From: a virus
Lineage: Duplodnaviria; Caudoviricetes
Direction: 5' to 3' (one strand)
DNA: 61,387 nucleotides
Virus record (IMG/VR): IMGVR_UViG_3300027320_000012
Coordinates: 1 to 61,387 of that record
Shown here: positions 48,379-56,157 of the stretch, piece by piece
How the letters are laid out: the number at the start of each line of letters is the position of its first letter
Position numbering within the stretch: position 1 is the stretch's first letter
The notes under the pieces: model-generated
Databases searched by the model: none
What the model saw: the letters and a program-made list of their open reading frames with translations, nothing else
Told to the model about the DNA's origin: nothing
Made by a program: the position numbers and the translations under genes

Positions 48379-49191
48379 TTATCCAGTGCCGTGCTTGCGC
48401 GCGTACTTCATGCGTTCGGCTGGCTTCATCTTTGCCAACTCAGCAGCGTTCATGCGGCCCGGAGCAGTGTCCGTGTTGCCGCTTGCGCCGCCGCCTTTCG
48501 AACCCTTGAAGAGGAAGTCTTTCTCTTCGCGCTGTTCAAGCAGCCACTCTTTGATCGACTTTGCCGTGACGCCGTCAGAACCGTAGATGATCGTGCCATC
48601 CTTGGACTTCGGTGTGATCTTGCCGTCATCTTCGACGCGGAACGTCTTCAATGCGTCTGGCAGGATCATCTGCACCGCTTTATCGATCATGGCGACATCG
48701 GGGTCCGATGCCACCAAGCGAATTGCGTTCTCAACCATCATGGCGTTTGCGCTTTGTTCTGCGCGGACACGTGCGTCGCGGTGTGCGTCGCGGTCCTTAG
48801 CCATTTCGGCAAGCTGCGTCTTGAAGCTCGTCGTGACTTCCGTCACACGTGCCGCAGAAGCTTCTTCCAAAGAAGTGTCTTCAACGAGCTTACCGTCTTC
48901 AACCTTCTTCTTCACCGCTCGCAAGCCTTCGAGGGTCTTGGCAAAATCGGACAGCTTGCCCGTTTCCAAGTCCGGTACCTGAACACCGGTAACGCCTTCG
49001 TACTGCGCAATTGCCGCTGTAAGAGCATCGCGCTCTTTCGACAAAGCGATGTTGTTGTCGCGGAATTCTTTAACCTTTTCCGCATTGGTCACGTTAACGA
49101 CGTACTTGCCGCCTTCCGCTTCCTTGGCTCCATCACGAAGGTCCTCCGGGACCTCCGAAAGACTGTTATAAGAAATAGTTGCCATTTTCAC
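48379..49191 (-). CDS. capsid scaffolding protein
   Basis: KVKEFRDNNIAL coiled coil, FLFKGSKGGGA, precedes MCP. Confidence 0.8.
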   Translation of the reverse strand: MKMATISYNSLSEVPEDLRDGAKEAEGGKYVVNVTNAEKVKEFRDNNIALSKERDALTAAIAQYEGVTGVQVPDLETGKLSDFAKTLEGLRAVKKKVEDGKLVEDTSLEEASAARVTEVTTSFKTQLAEMAKDRDAHRDARVRAEQSANAMMVENAIRLVASDPDVAMIDKAVQMILPDALKTFRVEDDGKITPKSKDGTIIYGSDGVTAKSIKEWLLEQREEKDFLFKGSKGGGASGNTDTAPGRMNAAELAKMKPAERMKYARKHGTG

Positions 49192-49400
49192 TTTTCCCGC
49201 ACGCCGTGTGGGACCCTGTTAAGTTAACCATGACGCCGCCATGGGCGGAAGCGGGGAGCTTCCTATCGTATGTGCCTTTTCGTCTGCAATTTGTCACAAG
49301 GACTATGAGAGAAAAGAACCGATGATTGAAGTAGTAACCGATTGTGACTTAAATGTCAAGGTCAAGCGTAAAAACGGGTCACACGGGAGATTATTTTTTA

Positions 49401-49616
49401 TCAGAAACTTTCGGGGTTATCGAACAGCGCTTCTGGGTCGTCCTCGATGCCGTATTTCATTTCTTTTATCGACTGTGCTGTCTCCGGCCCAACTAGAACT
49501 TTCAACTCTTCAAAGGTCAGCACGCCTTGTTGAAATTCTTCGACGGCGTCCAGCGCATCATCGTCTAGCTCATCATAGTCAGCAAAATCAGGGTTTATTC
49601 CAGTTATCTTCTTCAT
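49401..49616 (-). CDS. small acidic hypothetical protein
   Basis: ATG 49616 next to upstream stop. Confidence 0.55.
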   Translation of the reverse strand: MKKITGINPDFADYDELDDDALDAVEEFQQGVLTFEELKVLVGPETAQSIKEMKYGIEDDPEALFDNPESF

Positions 49617-49617
49617 G

Positions 49618-49842
49618 TCAGCACGTCGTAGCCCCGAGGCCGGTCGGACAATCGGCATGGTTGCATACGTATCCGGTCACGCCTTCAAGGGAGATACCGC
49701 ACTTACTACAGTGAGGCGGCTTAACCGGAAAGGAAAGGTCAGGGAGCGTCGGTTGTGTGGCCGTTCCGTCCCCTGAAATTTTTTCGAGAAGAGAAATAAT
49801 TCTGTCAAGCTTTCTCAGAATTTCAATGAACGTATCATCCAT
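49618..49842 (-). CDS. small Cys-rich hypothetical protein
   Basis: CSKC...CNHADCP; ATG overlaps portal end. Confidence 0.55.
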   Translation of the reverse strand: MDDTFIEILRKLDRIISLLEKISGDGTATQPTLPDLSFPVKPPHCSKCGISLEGVTGYVCNHADCPTGLGATTC

Positions 49843-51511
49843 TGGACGATGCTCCATCCTCTTCTTCGTCCTCTTCTTCCTGTGCCTGTTCCTGCATAGC
49901 GCGGGCGTCGCGGGCTTGTTGAGGTACGCCGGGGTTAGCCGGGTCATCTGGATTGGCGGGTACCGCTTTCATCTGCTCTTGCATGACTTTGTATTCGTGG
50001 AACGACTTGGCGTCCGGGAAGTCTTTCATGCGCGCGAGCACGTCCACCATGTTCGGGAACTGCTTGCTGTCGTTGAGCATCTTTTTGTATTCGTCGCCAT
50101 CCATCCATTCCGGGATGACATCGAACTTGCGTAGGTAGTCGTAAACGACTTCGAGAGGTATAACGCCGTCAGCGTACATTTGATGCACAGCACGGAATTC
50201 GCGTGCGCCTGCATCCTTCATAACGAAGTCGCGGTTGATCTCAAAGTTGATTGAAGCAACCGTAGCAAGAGAAGCGTTGTTCCAGTCTGCCCACCACATC
50301 AAGGTCTGTGTGACGCCTTCATCGACGGTATCAGAAATGTTAAGCAATAGGGTCTGCTCATTACGCTCTTGCATCAAGAGGCTGTTGTCGCTCTCTGCCG
50401 CGCCGCGCGAAGAGCCCGGCATCATGCGTCCGCCTATGGAAGCAATCTGGCCTTCTTTACTGCGCAGCGCATTTTCGAGGTGTTGTAGTCCGCGACCGTT
50501 GAATTCAAGAAGGTTCGCCTGTTCGCCCTCACCAAGAATCCAGACAATGTCCGGTCCAACTTGGTATTCACCCGGATCGGTACCGTCGTTTTGCTGCACA
50601 GTAAAGACCGGCGATCCTGTGTAGAACAGGGCCTGCTCAAGCTGTGCGTAAGACATGTAGTGGGAATAGTTCAGCGTGACGATGTCGAGGATCGGCGGGC
50701 GCTGCACATCTGGGTAGTTCGTGAATGGGCCAATAATCTGAAACGGAATGTAATCCAAGAACTCGCCGCGAACAGTCGGCATGACAACGGCATCAGGTGC
50801 CTGATCGATGTCAGGTATCTGATTGATGGAATCAGCGCTGTCGCTGTAGAGGTACTGCACGTATACGTGCGTATCTTCCTCTTCGTTGTATTCGAGGACG
50901 AGTACGCGGAAGCGTGAGCGGTACTCGTAAGGAGACCAGTGTGAATCTCGGTCGTAGTAAATCTCGCGTAGCGTAACTTTCGACAGGACCCACTTGCCGT
51001 CAATCTCAGACATCTGCCAGTCGAGAATGTTCTCTGCCGTGTAGCAGGCAATATAGGGATCGCCTCTGCCGTCTGGTGAAGCGTCAACAAGCATGCCAAA
51101 GCGCCCGACCGCCAATACCTCTTTAACGATGGTCTTGGTGAGCAGGTGGAGGGACATGCCCTCTTTGGTGATGTGCTTGGAGGCTTCTCTAAGCTTCTTG
51201 TTCTTATCGATCCCGGCAACCTTTGGCGTGCGGCGAAACACCGTGCCATAAAGCGCGTTCAGGGTGCGAGAAGTCATGTTGTAGAAAACAGCACGCTTCA
51301 AGTAAGAACGGTATTGCTTTTCGTCGTGTGTCACTTGGCGCGGCAGGTACTTCTCACCTTTGCGCTTGACTTCGATCTCGCCGATCTCAGCGTCACGGAT
51401 CATTTCCCAATGCGGTGACCAGTACGTGTAGTCTGGGTGAAGCACGGGAGACGCGCGGTACGGGACTGCGATCTGGGATCGTGTGATTGGGTTTGGTACG
51501 TTGCTGCTCAT
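49835..51511 (-). CDS. portal protein (DUF4055-type)
   Basis: HPDY, YLKRAVFYNMT, YTAENILDW, LNYSHY. Confidence 0.88.
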   Translation of the reverse strand: MSSNVPNPITRSQIAVPYRASPVLHPDYTYWSPHWEMIRDAEIGEIEVKRKGEKYLPRQVTHDEKQYRSYLKRAVFYNMTSRTLNALYGTVFRRTPKVAGIDKNKKLREASKHITKEGMSLHLLTKTIVKEVLAVGRFGMLVDASPDGRGDPYIACYTAENILDWQMSEIDGKWVLSKVTLREIYYDRDSHWSPYEYRSRFRVLVLEYNEEEDTHVYVQYLYSDSADSINQIPDIDQAPDAVVMPTVRGEFLDYIPFQIIGPFTNYPDVQRPPILDIVTLNYSHYMSYAQLEQALFYTGSPVFTVQQNDGTDPGEYQVGPDIVWILGEGEQANLLEFNGRGLQHLENALRSKEGQIASIGGRMMPGSSRGAAESDNSLLMQERNEQTLLLNISDTVDEGVTQTLMWWADWNNASLATVASINFEINRDFVMKDAGAREFRAVHQMYADGVIPLEVVYDYLRKFDVIPEWMDGDEYKKMLNDSKQFPNMVDVLARMKDFPDAKSFHEYKVMQEQMKAVPANPDDPANPGVPQQARDARAMQEQAQEEEDEEEDGASSNG

Positions 51512-51597
51512 GTGACCACAATGTATTGAGAAAAAGGCACATGTCAAGAAAAACCGATCTAACGGTCATTGCTAGTGTTCTGGACACGCGTTGTTTT

Positions 51598-51669
51598 TGG
51601 TCAGGGTAAAGGGGATCGAACCCTTTCAGCAGGCTTCCAAAGCCCACGCCGCCACCAGAACATACCCTG
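51598..51669 (-). tRNA. tRNA-Pro(TGG), short atypical D-arm
   Basis: CAGGGTA/TACCCTG, loop TTTGGAA, TTCGATC, ACCA. Confidence 0.75.
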
Positions 51670-51705
51670 ATAGTGTTGGTGCCGGATTACTCCGACACGG
51701 AGTGT

Positions 51706-51783
51706 TGGTGCCGGTTAGGGGATTCGAACTCCTGACCTTCGTCTTACAAGGACGCTGCTCTGGCCTGACTGAGCTAAACCGGC
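51706..51783 (-). tRNA. tRNA-Thr(TGT)
   Basis: Cloverleaf, loop CTTGTAA, CCA. Confidence 0.93.
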
Positions 51784-51785
51784 AT

Positions 51786-51809
51786 AAAATCCGGTTTAAC
51801 CCGGATTTT
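51786..51809 (-). terminator. hairpin terminator
   Basis: AAAATCCGG...CCGGATTTT directly after stop at 51811. Confidence 0.6.
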
Positions 51810-51810
51810 G

Positions 51811-52200
51811 TTAGACTGCTGTTGGTGTCGCAGACTTGAGATCACCCGCTGCGGACGCTCCGAAGTCGCTGATTGCGCGAAGTTCGACGTCGTACGATAC
51901 ATTGTCCGTGAGGCCAGATATCGTGAACGTTCCTGTTCCACCGCTGGATACCCACGCACCGCCGTCGAGACGATACTCGATATCGGTAATGGTACCGAAA
52001 GATGTCGGCAGTGAGCTAATGGTCACCAAAAGATCACCGGCTGTAGCCGGGTTGGTGAGTGTCCAATTGCCTACAGCGAATGCCGCAGACGCTAGGAAGA
52101 ACCCACCTTTGTATACCAACTGATTGAGCGCCGCCGAGACTGCGCTACGCAGTATCGGTTGGCTTTCAGTGGCTAGACGCGTTGCGGGTACTGTGAACAT
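51811..52200 (-). CDS. fibronectin type III-like domain protein
   Basis: ITDIEYRLDGGAW...TISGLTDNVSYDVELRA. Confidence 0.7.
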   Translation of the reverse strand: MFTVPATRLATESQPILRSAVSAALNQLVYKGGFFLASAAFAVGNWTLTNPATAGDLLVTISSLPTSFGTITDIEYRLDGGAWVSSGGTGTFTISGLTDNVSYDVELRAISDFGASAAGDLKSATPTAV

Positions 52201-52493
52201 CAGTCGATCTTCGTGGATAGTTCAGCAATCGCTGCGTTGACGCTTGGGGTTGTAGCCCCGGACAGTGTGAAGAACACAGTGCAGGCCGGGAGCCATACAA
52301 CTTCTGCGCCTTCGGCAGTGTACGCCGCGCCTGTGATCGGTACGCCTGCAACAGGGCCGATGTTGGCCTTCAACTGCAAAGTGCCGCCACCAAACGTGCC
52401 GTTGACAGCAATAAGGTATTGCCCGCCTTCGACCTGTACGGACGCTGTGTTGCCGTCTGCGCTAAGGGCGACAGCAAGTGTCTTCGTGGTCAT
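52200..52493 (-). CDS. small beta-sandwich virion-like protein
   Basis: GGAG RBS; GTFGGGTLQL, LSGATTPSV. Confidence 0.6.
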   Translation of the reverse strand: MTTKTLAVALSADGNTASVQVEGGQYLIAVNGTFGGGTLQLKANIGPVAGVPITGAAYTAEGAEVVWLPACTVFFTLSGATTPSVNAAIAELSTKID

Positions 52494-52598
52494 TGTGTGT
52501 ACTCCATGGATGTTTGTTTTACCGGTGATGGCACCTTACCATGCAGAATTACATTATGCAAGACACAATGGTGCCGGAGGTCTCCGACACGAACGTGT

Positions 52599-52674
52599 TG
52601 GTGCTGGCGGCGGGGATCGAACTCGCGACCTCTCGCTTACGAGGCGAGCGCTCTACCGACTGAGCTACGCCAGC
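52599..52674 (-). tRNA. tRNA-Thr(CGT)
   Basis: Cloverleaf, loop CTCGTAA, CCA. Confidence 0.93.
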
Positions 52675-52678
52675 ATGT

Positions 52679-52752
52679 TGGTGCTCCCGGAAGGAATCGA
52701 ACCTTCGTGCGTCGGCTTAGAAGACCTTGCTTGGTATACCACCAGCGGGAGC
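52679..52752 (-). tRNA. tRNA-Arg(TCT), atypical D-arm and weak anticodon stem
   Basis: GCTCCCG/CGGGAGC, loop CTTCTAA, TTCGATT. Confidence 0.7.
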
Positions 52753-52753
52753 G

Positions 52754-52894
52754 TTAGTATACGACCGTGTCTGCCACGATCTGTTCGATGTCGTAACGAC
52801 TGATCCCAATGTCCGCCAATTCGCGGTCGCTAAGTGAATACAGTTCGCGTCGTGTTTGGCGTCTCTTCGCCAGAAGTTCGAGGTACTTAAACAT
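52754..52894 (-). CDS. DUF1127 small protein
   Basis: RRQTRRELYSLSDRELADIGISRYDI. Confidence 0.88.
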   Translation of the reverse strand: MFKYLELLAKRRQTRRELYSLSDRELADIGISRYDIEQIVADTVVY

Positions 52895-53075
52895 TGTCTT
52901 TCCAACTTTCGCGTATTTCATATACGCGTAAGTTAAAATAAATGCTGCAACTGCACAACCCCGGAAGGCTGCAATGCTGCTATGCAGCGAAATCATGGCG
53001 ATTTATTGCCCCCTAAAGCGGGGTTACGGGTCATATATGACACATTGTGACGAGGCCGCGTCAGCGGCCCCGTTG

Positions 53076-53603
53076 TTAGCTTGCGAGACGTGTACCCGCA
53101 TGGGTACGCGCGACACGATCAAACTTACCGCGAACGCCGTGGTCTGCAACAAAGGATGCTGCGAAGGCGTCGGGCTTCGTCATGACCGGGCGACCAGTGA
53201 CACCGGTAAGGTATCCTACAGCCGCGCTGCGTGCCACGTTAGAGCCGTGCTTGGGGTCATCATTGATGTCCAAGTGGACTTCCACGTCGAACTCAAGGAG
53301 GTCTTCCTCAAGTTGTTGATACGCTTCCGCTGTGCGGTACGCTTCGTTCATCATTCGCATCATCGGACGACCCATCTTTTGGTCGTAGTCTTGCGCGCGG
53401 TCGGTGAAAGTGAACACCTTCGCTCCACGGCCAATACCTTCTTCGTCGATGCGGTGAATGACGACCGCTGTCGTGTAGGACGCATGCCAGATATCTTGCT
53501 TGTCACGGAAACGGTTTGAGTCGCAACCGATGTACACGCGAGATAGAGGCGATGCCGTCTTTAAGACTTCGCGGATTTGTTCGACCTTGCGTTCTGGTAG
53601 CAT
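53076..53603 (-). CDS. RNase H-like protein (YkuK/DUF458-type)
   Basis: VYIGCDS, RMMNEAY, EVHLDIN, KPDAFAASFVAD. Confidence 0.8.
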   Translation of the reverse strand: MLPERKVEQIREVLKTASPLSRVYIGCDSNRFRDKQDIWHASYTTAVVIHRIDEEGIGRGAKVFTFTDRAQDYDQKMGRPMMRMMNEAYRTAEAYQQLEEDLLEFDVEVHLDINDDPKHGSNVARSAAVGYLTGVTGRPVMTKPDAFAASFVADHGVRGKFDRVARTHAGTRLAS

Positions 53604-53636
53604 GTCGCTGCCTCCTTCTCTCTGCGGATCGGGCCT

Positions 53637-54038
53637 CTACGGGTGTAGTGGCAAGGTAGACAGGAACCATGGGCTCCCGTCCGGTGAAAACACATAAGCG
53701 CAGGTGTAGACCGGCAGCAAATGTGTAACCTTCCCATCCGTAACCGGATAGGTTGGATCGAGAACGATGTTGGCGGTGTATCCTGCCATTAGCGCGACAT
53801 CAACAAGTCGCAGCATGGTGGTTTCATCCGGTACGTCAAGCGTCAGCGTTGTTCCGAAACCTTGTTCGGTCTGCTTCTGCCATTCCATCAAGCCTTTCGG
53901 CATTTTTTCACCAGTTTGGAGGCGCTTCCACATGTCGTTGGAGAACACCATACCGGCATGGTGGCTATGGGCCATCCCTTTACCGGAGTTCATTGACGCG
54001 AGGTCTGTCCGCATCAGCACATACATTCTTGGGTCCAT
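53637..54038 (-). CDS. peptidyl-tRNA hydrolase type 2-like
   Basis: RMYVLMRTDL.SMNSGKGMAHSHHA resembles the PTH2 N-terminal motif. Confidence 0.7.
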   Translation of the reverse strand: MDPRMYVLMRTDLASMNSGKGMAHSHHAGMVFSNDMWKRLQTGEKMPKGLMEWQKQTEQGFGTTLTLDVPDETTMLRLVDVALMAGYTANIVLDPTYPVTDGKVTHLLPVYTCAYVFSPDGSPWFLSTLPLHP

Positions 54039-54047
54039 CGGGTCCTC

Positions 54048-54239
54048 CTATCCATACTTGTCCTTGAGTGTCTCATACAGCTTGCGCTCTTCGCGTTCAC
54101 GCATCGCCTTTACGGCGCGAATTGCATCCTGCGTGTCCGCTTTGAAACACGCATCCTTTGGACAGTATACGTCGCCGGGTATCCCGTCAAGCATGTCCCC
54201 GCCGCAGCGGGGACATTTTAGGTTGTTCTCGTCAGTCAT
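54048..54239 (-). CDS. small zinc-finger protein
   Basis: CPRC...YCPKDAC. Confidence 0.55.
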   Translation of the reverse strand: MTDENNLKCPRCGGDMLDGIPGDVYCPKDACFKADTQDAIRAVKAMREREERKLYETLKDKYG

Positions 54240-54390
54240 CGAAGACTGCCTTTCGAAGCTCCACGACATCGACGTTGTAATCAAACGCGATGTCCTCCAT
54301 GACTTTATCGTCCAGCGATCCAAGACGTTCATAAGCGCGGGCTTCGAAAACAGCGTCTTGGAAAGTGTCAGCTTTTACAGCAAGTGTCAT
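54232..54390 (-). CDS. small hypothetical protein
   Basis: AAGGAA RBS, ATG 54390. Confidence 0.55.
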   Translation of the reverse strand: MTLAVKADTFQDAVFEARAYERLGSLDDKVMEDIAFDYNVDVVELRKAVFDD

Positions 54391-54408
54391 AGGTACTTCC
54401 TTATTTTT

Positions 54409-54494
54409 TGGCGGAAGGCAGAGGGCACGATCCTCAGAGCTAAGCTCCGTACTGGTTAGCAACCAGCCCCGCACACCCGTACGGTTTACCTTCC
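54409..54494 (-). tRNA. tRNA-Ser(GCT), atypical T-loop
   Basis: GGAAGGT/GCCTTCC, loop TTGCTAA, long variable arm, G73. Confidence 0.8.
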
Positions 54495-54500
54495 AATTGA

Positions 54501-54755
54501 TTACCAATAGTAGACGTGAGGCTTGCGAGCAACAGGCCACGCGATATCGTCAGGGTCTGCGCCCTTTACGATAAGTTGCTCAAGGCGCTTTACTTCGCGG
54601 CGCTTTGGGCGGTGGTGAAAGACGATGTGGTGAGAGGTCGGTGTGTTTTGGTACCAGCGCCATTCAAGTCCGCGCTTTTTCATTTCTCTGGATACATCGT
54701 TGCAGCTACCGGCGCTTGCTAGAGCGCGTGGTCGCTTTCTTTTGTGGTTTGCCAT
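54501..54755 (-). CDS. basic hypothetical protein
   Basis: AGGAG RBS; MANHKRKRPR...KPHVYYW. Confidence 0.7.
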   Translation of the reverse strand: MANHKRKRPRALASAGSCNDVSREMKKRGLEWRWYQNTPTSHHIVFHHRPKRREVKRLEQLIVKGADPDDIAWPVARKPHVYYW

Positions 54756-54801
54756 ATTAGGTCTCCTGTGAATACCTACATAGCTAAACTCCTTTCTGTT
54801 A

Positions 54802-54875
54802 TGGTGCCCCCGAAGAGAATCGAACTCTTGTATCTGCCTTACCACGGCAGCGCTCTACCATTGAGCTACAGGGGC
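54802..54875 (-). tRNA. tRNA-Thr(GGT)
   Basis: Cloverleaf, loop GTGGTAA. Confidence 0.9.
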
Positions 54876-55051
54876 GGGATCATTGGCTTGCCGCCGCGAC
54901 GGCGTTCAGCAATAAGGTCAAGCGTGTGTCGCTTGTCCTTTTCCGGCATTTTTAGCCATTTCTGAATTTCGTCTAGGGTGCGTCCACAGCCCACGCAAAG
55001 CATGGATTTGGGATCGATACGGCATGTTTTGACGCAAGGGGACGCGACCAT
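54866..55051 (-). CDS. DUF1289 Cys-rich protein
   Basis: SPCVKTCRID...CVGCGRTLDEIQKW; 3' end overlaps tRNA-Thr. Confidence 0.85.
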   Translation of the reverse strand: MVASPCVKTCRIDPKSMLCVGCGRTLDEIQKWLKMPEKDKRHTLDLIAERRRGGKPMIPPL

Positions 55052-55066
55052 TACGGGCCTCATGTT

Positions 55067-55155
55067 TGGCAAGGGTGGAGGGACTCGAACCCACTAATCT
55101 CTCACGAGAACTTGTTTTGGAGACAAGCCCGACTCTCCAACGTCGGCGCACCCCT
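55067..55155 (-). tRNA. tRNA-Trp(CCA) with long variable arm
   Basis: AGGGGTG/CACCCTT, loop CTCCAAA, G73. Confidence 0.85.
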
Positions 55156-55205
55156 ACATGTGATACATCTATGAGTACCACGATTCTGACAGATGTCAAG
55201 AATTT

Positions 55206-55281
55206 TGGTGTGCCGGGTGGGATTCGAACCCACGTCACAAGGATTAAAAGCCCCCTGCTCTGACCACTGAGCTACCGGCGC
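55206..55281 (-). tRNA. tRNA-Lys(TTT)
   Basis: Cloverleaf, loop CTTTTAA. Confidence 0.9.
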
Positions 55282-55321
55282 ACATTACAGGCAAAAAAGC
55301 CTGTATTCGTAAAAAACAGGT

Positions 55322-55397
55322 TGGTTGGGAAGGCAGGACTCGAACCTGCACTCACTTGAATCAAAGTCAAGGGCTTTACCAATTAAGCTACTTCCCA
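55322..55397 (-). tRNA. tRNA-Gln(TTG)
   Basis: TGGGAAG/CTTCCCA, loop CTTTGAT. Confidence 0.92.
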
Positions 55398-55401
55398 ATA
55401 T

Positions 55402-55478
55402 TGGCTGGAGAGGTAGGATTCGAACCCACGATCTACCCTTTATGAGAGGGCAGCTTTAGACCGCTAAGCTACAAGAGC
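55402..55478 (-). pseudogene. chimeric tRNA(CAT) with unpaired acceptor stem
   Basis: 5' GCTCTTG cannot pair with 3' CTCTCCA; body identical to 55572-55648. Confidence 0.8.
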
Positions 55479-55482
55479 ATGT

Positions 55483-55568
55483 TGGCGGAAGGCTGAGGGC
55501 ACGATCCCCAGAGCAATGCTCCGTACCGCTTTCAAAGCGGGCCTGCACACCCGTGCAGTTAACCTTCC
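55483..55568 (-). tRNA. tRNA-Ser(TGA)
   Basis: Loop TTTGAAA, long arm, G73. Confidence 0.8.
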
Positions 55569-55571
55569 AAT

Positions 55572-55648
55572 TGGTGCTCCCGGTAGGATTCGAACCCACG
55601 ATCTACCCTTTATGAGAGGGCAGCTTTAGACCGCTAAGCTACAAGAGC
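55572..55648 (-). tRNA. tRNA-Met/Ile2(CAT)
   Basis: GCTCTTG/CGGGAGC, loop CTCATAA; no initiator features. Confidence 0.85.
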
Positions 55649-55652
55649 ATGT

Positions 55653-55738
55653 TGGCGGAAGGCTGAGGGCACGATCCCCAGAGCAATGCTACGTACGCAT
55701 TTCGAATGCGTCTCGCACACCTGTACGGTTAACCTTCC
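55653..55738 (-). tRNA. tRNA-Ser(CGA)
   Basis: Loop TTCGAAA, long arm, G73. Confidence 0.8.
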
Positions 55739-55743
55739 ATGTC

Positions 55744-55821
55744 TGGTGCGCCGGATGGGATTCGAACCCACAAAACCCACTGTTTGAGAGTGGTACGCTA
55801 TTCCATTTACGTCGCCAGCGC
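55744..55821 (-). tRNA. tRNA-Leu(CAA), short variable loop
   Basis: CCACT-CTCAAAC-AGTGG, A73. Confidence 0.85.
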
Positions 55822-55826
55822 GTGTT

Positions 55827-55904
55827 TGGTACCCCTGATAGGATTCGAACCTACAAAACCCACCTTCTAAGGGTGGTACGCTATTCCATTTACGTCGCAA
55901 GGGC
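55827..55904 (-). tRNA. tRNA-Leu(TAG), short variable loop
   Basis: CCACC-CTTAGAA-GGTGG, A73. Confidence 0.85.
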
Positions 55905-55910
55905 ATATTC

Positions 55911-55996
55911 TGGTGTGCTCGGAGGGACTCGAACCCTCACGCCCGTTAGGGCACTACCCCCTCAAGATAGCGTGTCTGCCATTCCACCACGAGCAC
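55911..55996 (-). tRNA. tRNA-Leu(GAG)
   Basis: Canonical class II cloverleaf. Confidence 0.92.
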
Positions 55997-56002
55997 GTGT
56001 AT

Positions 56003-56076
56003 TGGTAGTTCCGTAGGGTATCGAACCCCATAGTCACGCTAATCAGGCGTGCGCCTCACCTTTTGGCCTCGGAACT
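56003..56076 (-). tRNA. tRNA-Ile(GAT)
   Basis: CACGC-CTGATTA-GCGTG. Confidence 0.85.
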
Positions 56077-56083
56077 AGAAACT

Positions 56084-56157
56084 TGGAGCGGATGGAGGGG
56101 AACGATCCCTCTTCACTTGATTGGCAACCAAGTGCATTACCTTTATGCTACACCCGC
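56084..56157 (-). tRNA. tRNA-Gly(GCC)
   Basis: GCGGGTG acceptor, U73, loop TTGCCAA. Confidence 0.88.

Larger units (their letters stand above)
55412..55690. repeat. 109-bp exact direct repeat (55412-55520 = 55582-55690)
   Basis: Direct comparison; period 170 bp. Confidence 0.92.

Noticed and set aside
47251-49227. 658-aa + strand ORF (also 34105-35529, 2710-3675, 5191-6159 and similar)
   Set aside because: Antisense shadows of well-supported genes; no motifs; expected from biased codon usage
51512-51597. Terminase expected upstream of portal
   Set aside because: No terminase motifs found in the window; it is presumably elsewhere in the genome, so absence is not informative
55827-55904. Amber suppressor tRNA or stop-codon recoding
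   Set aside because: Anticodon TAG reads CUA (Leu); no CTA, TTA or TCA anticodon found, and genes are intact in the standard code
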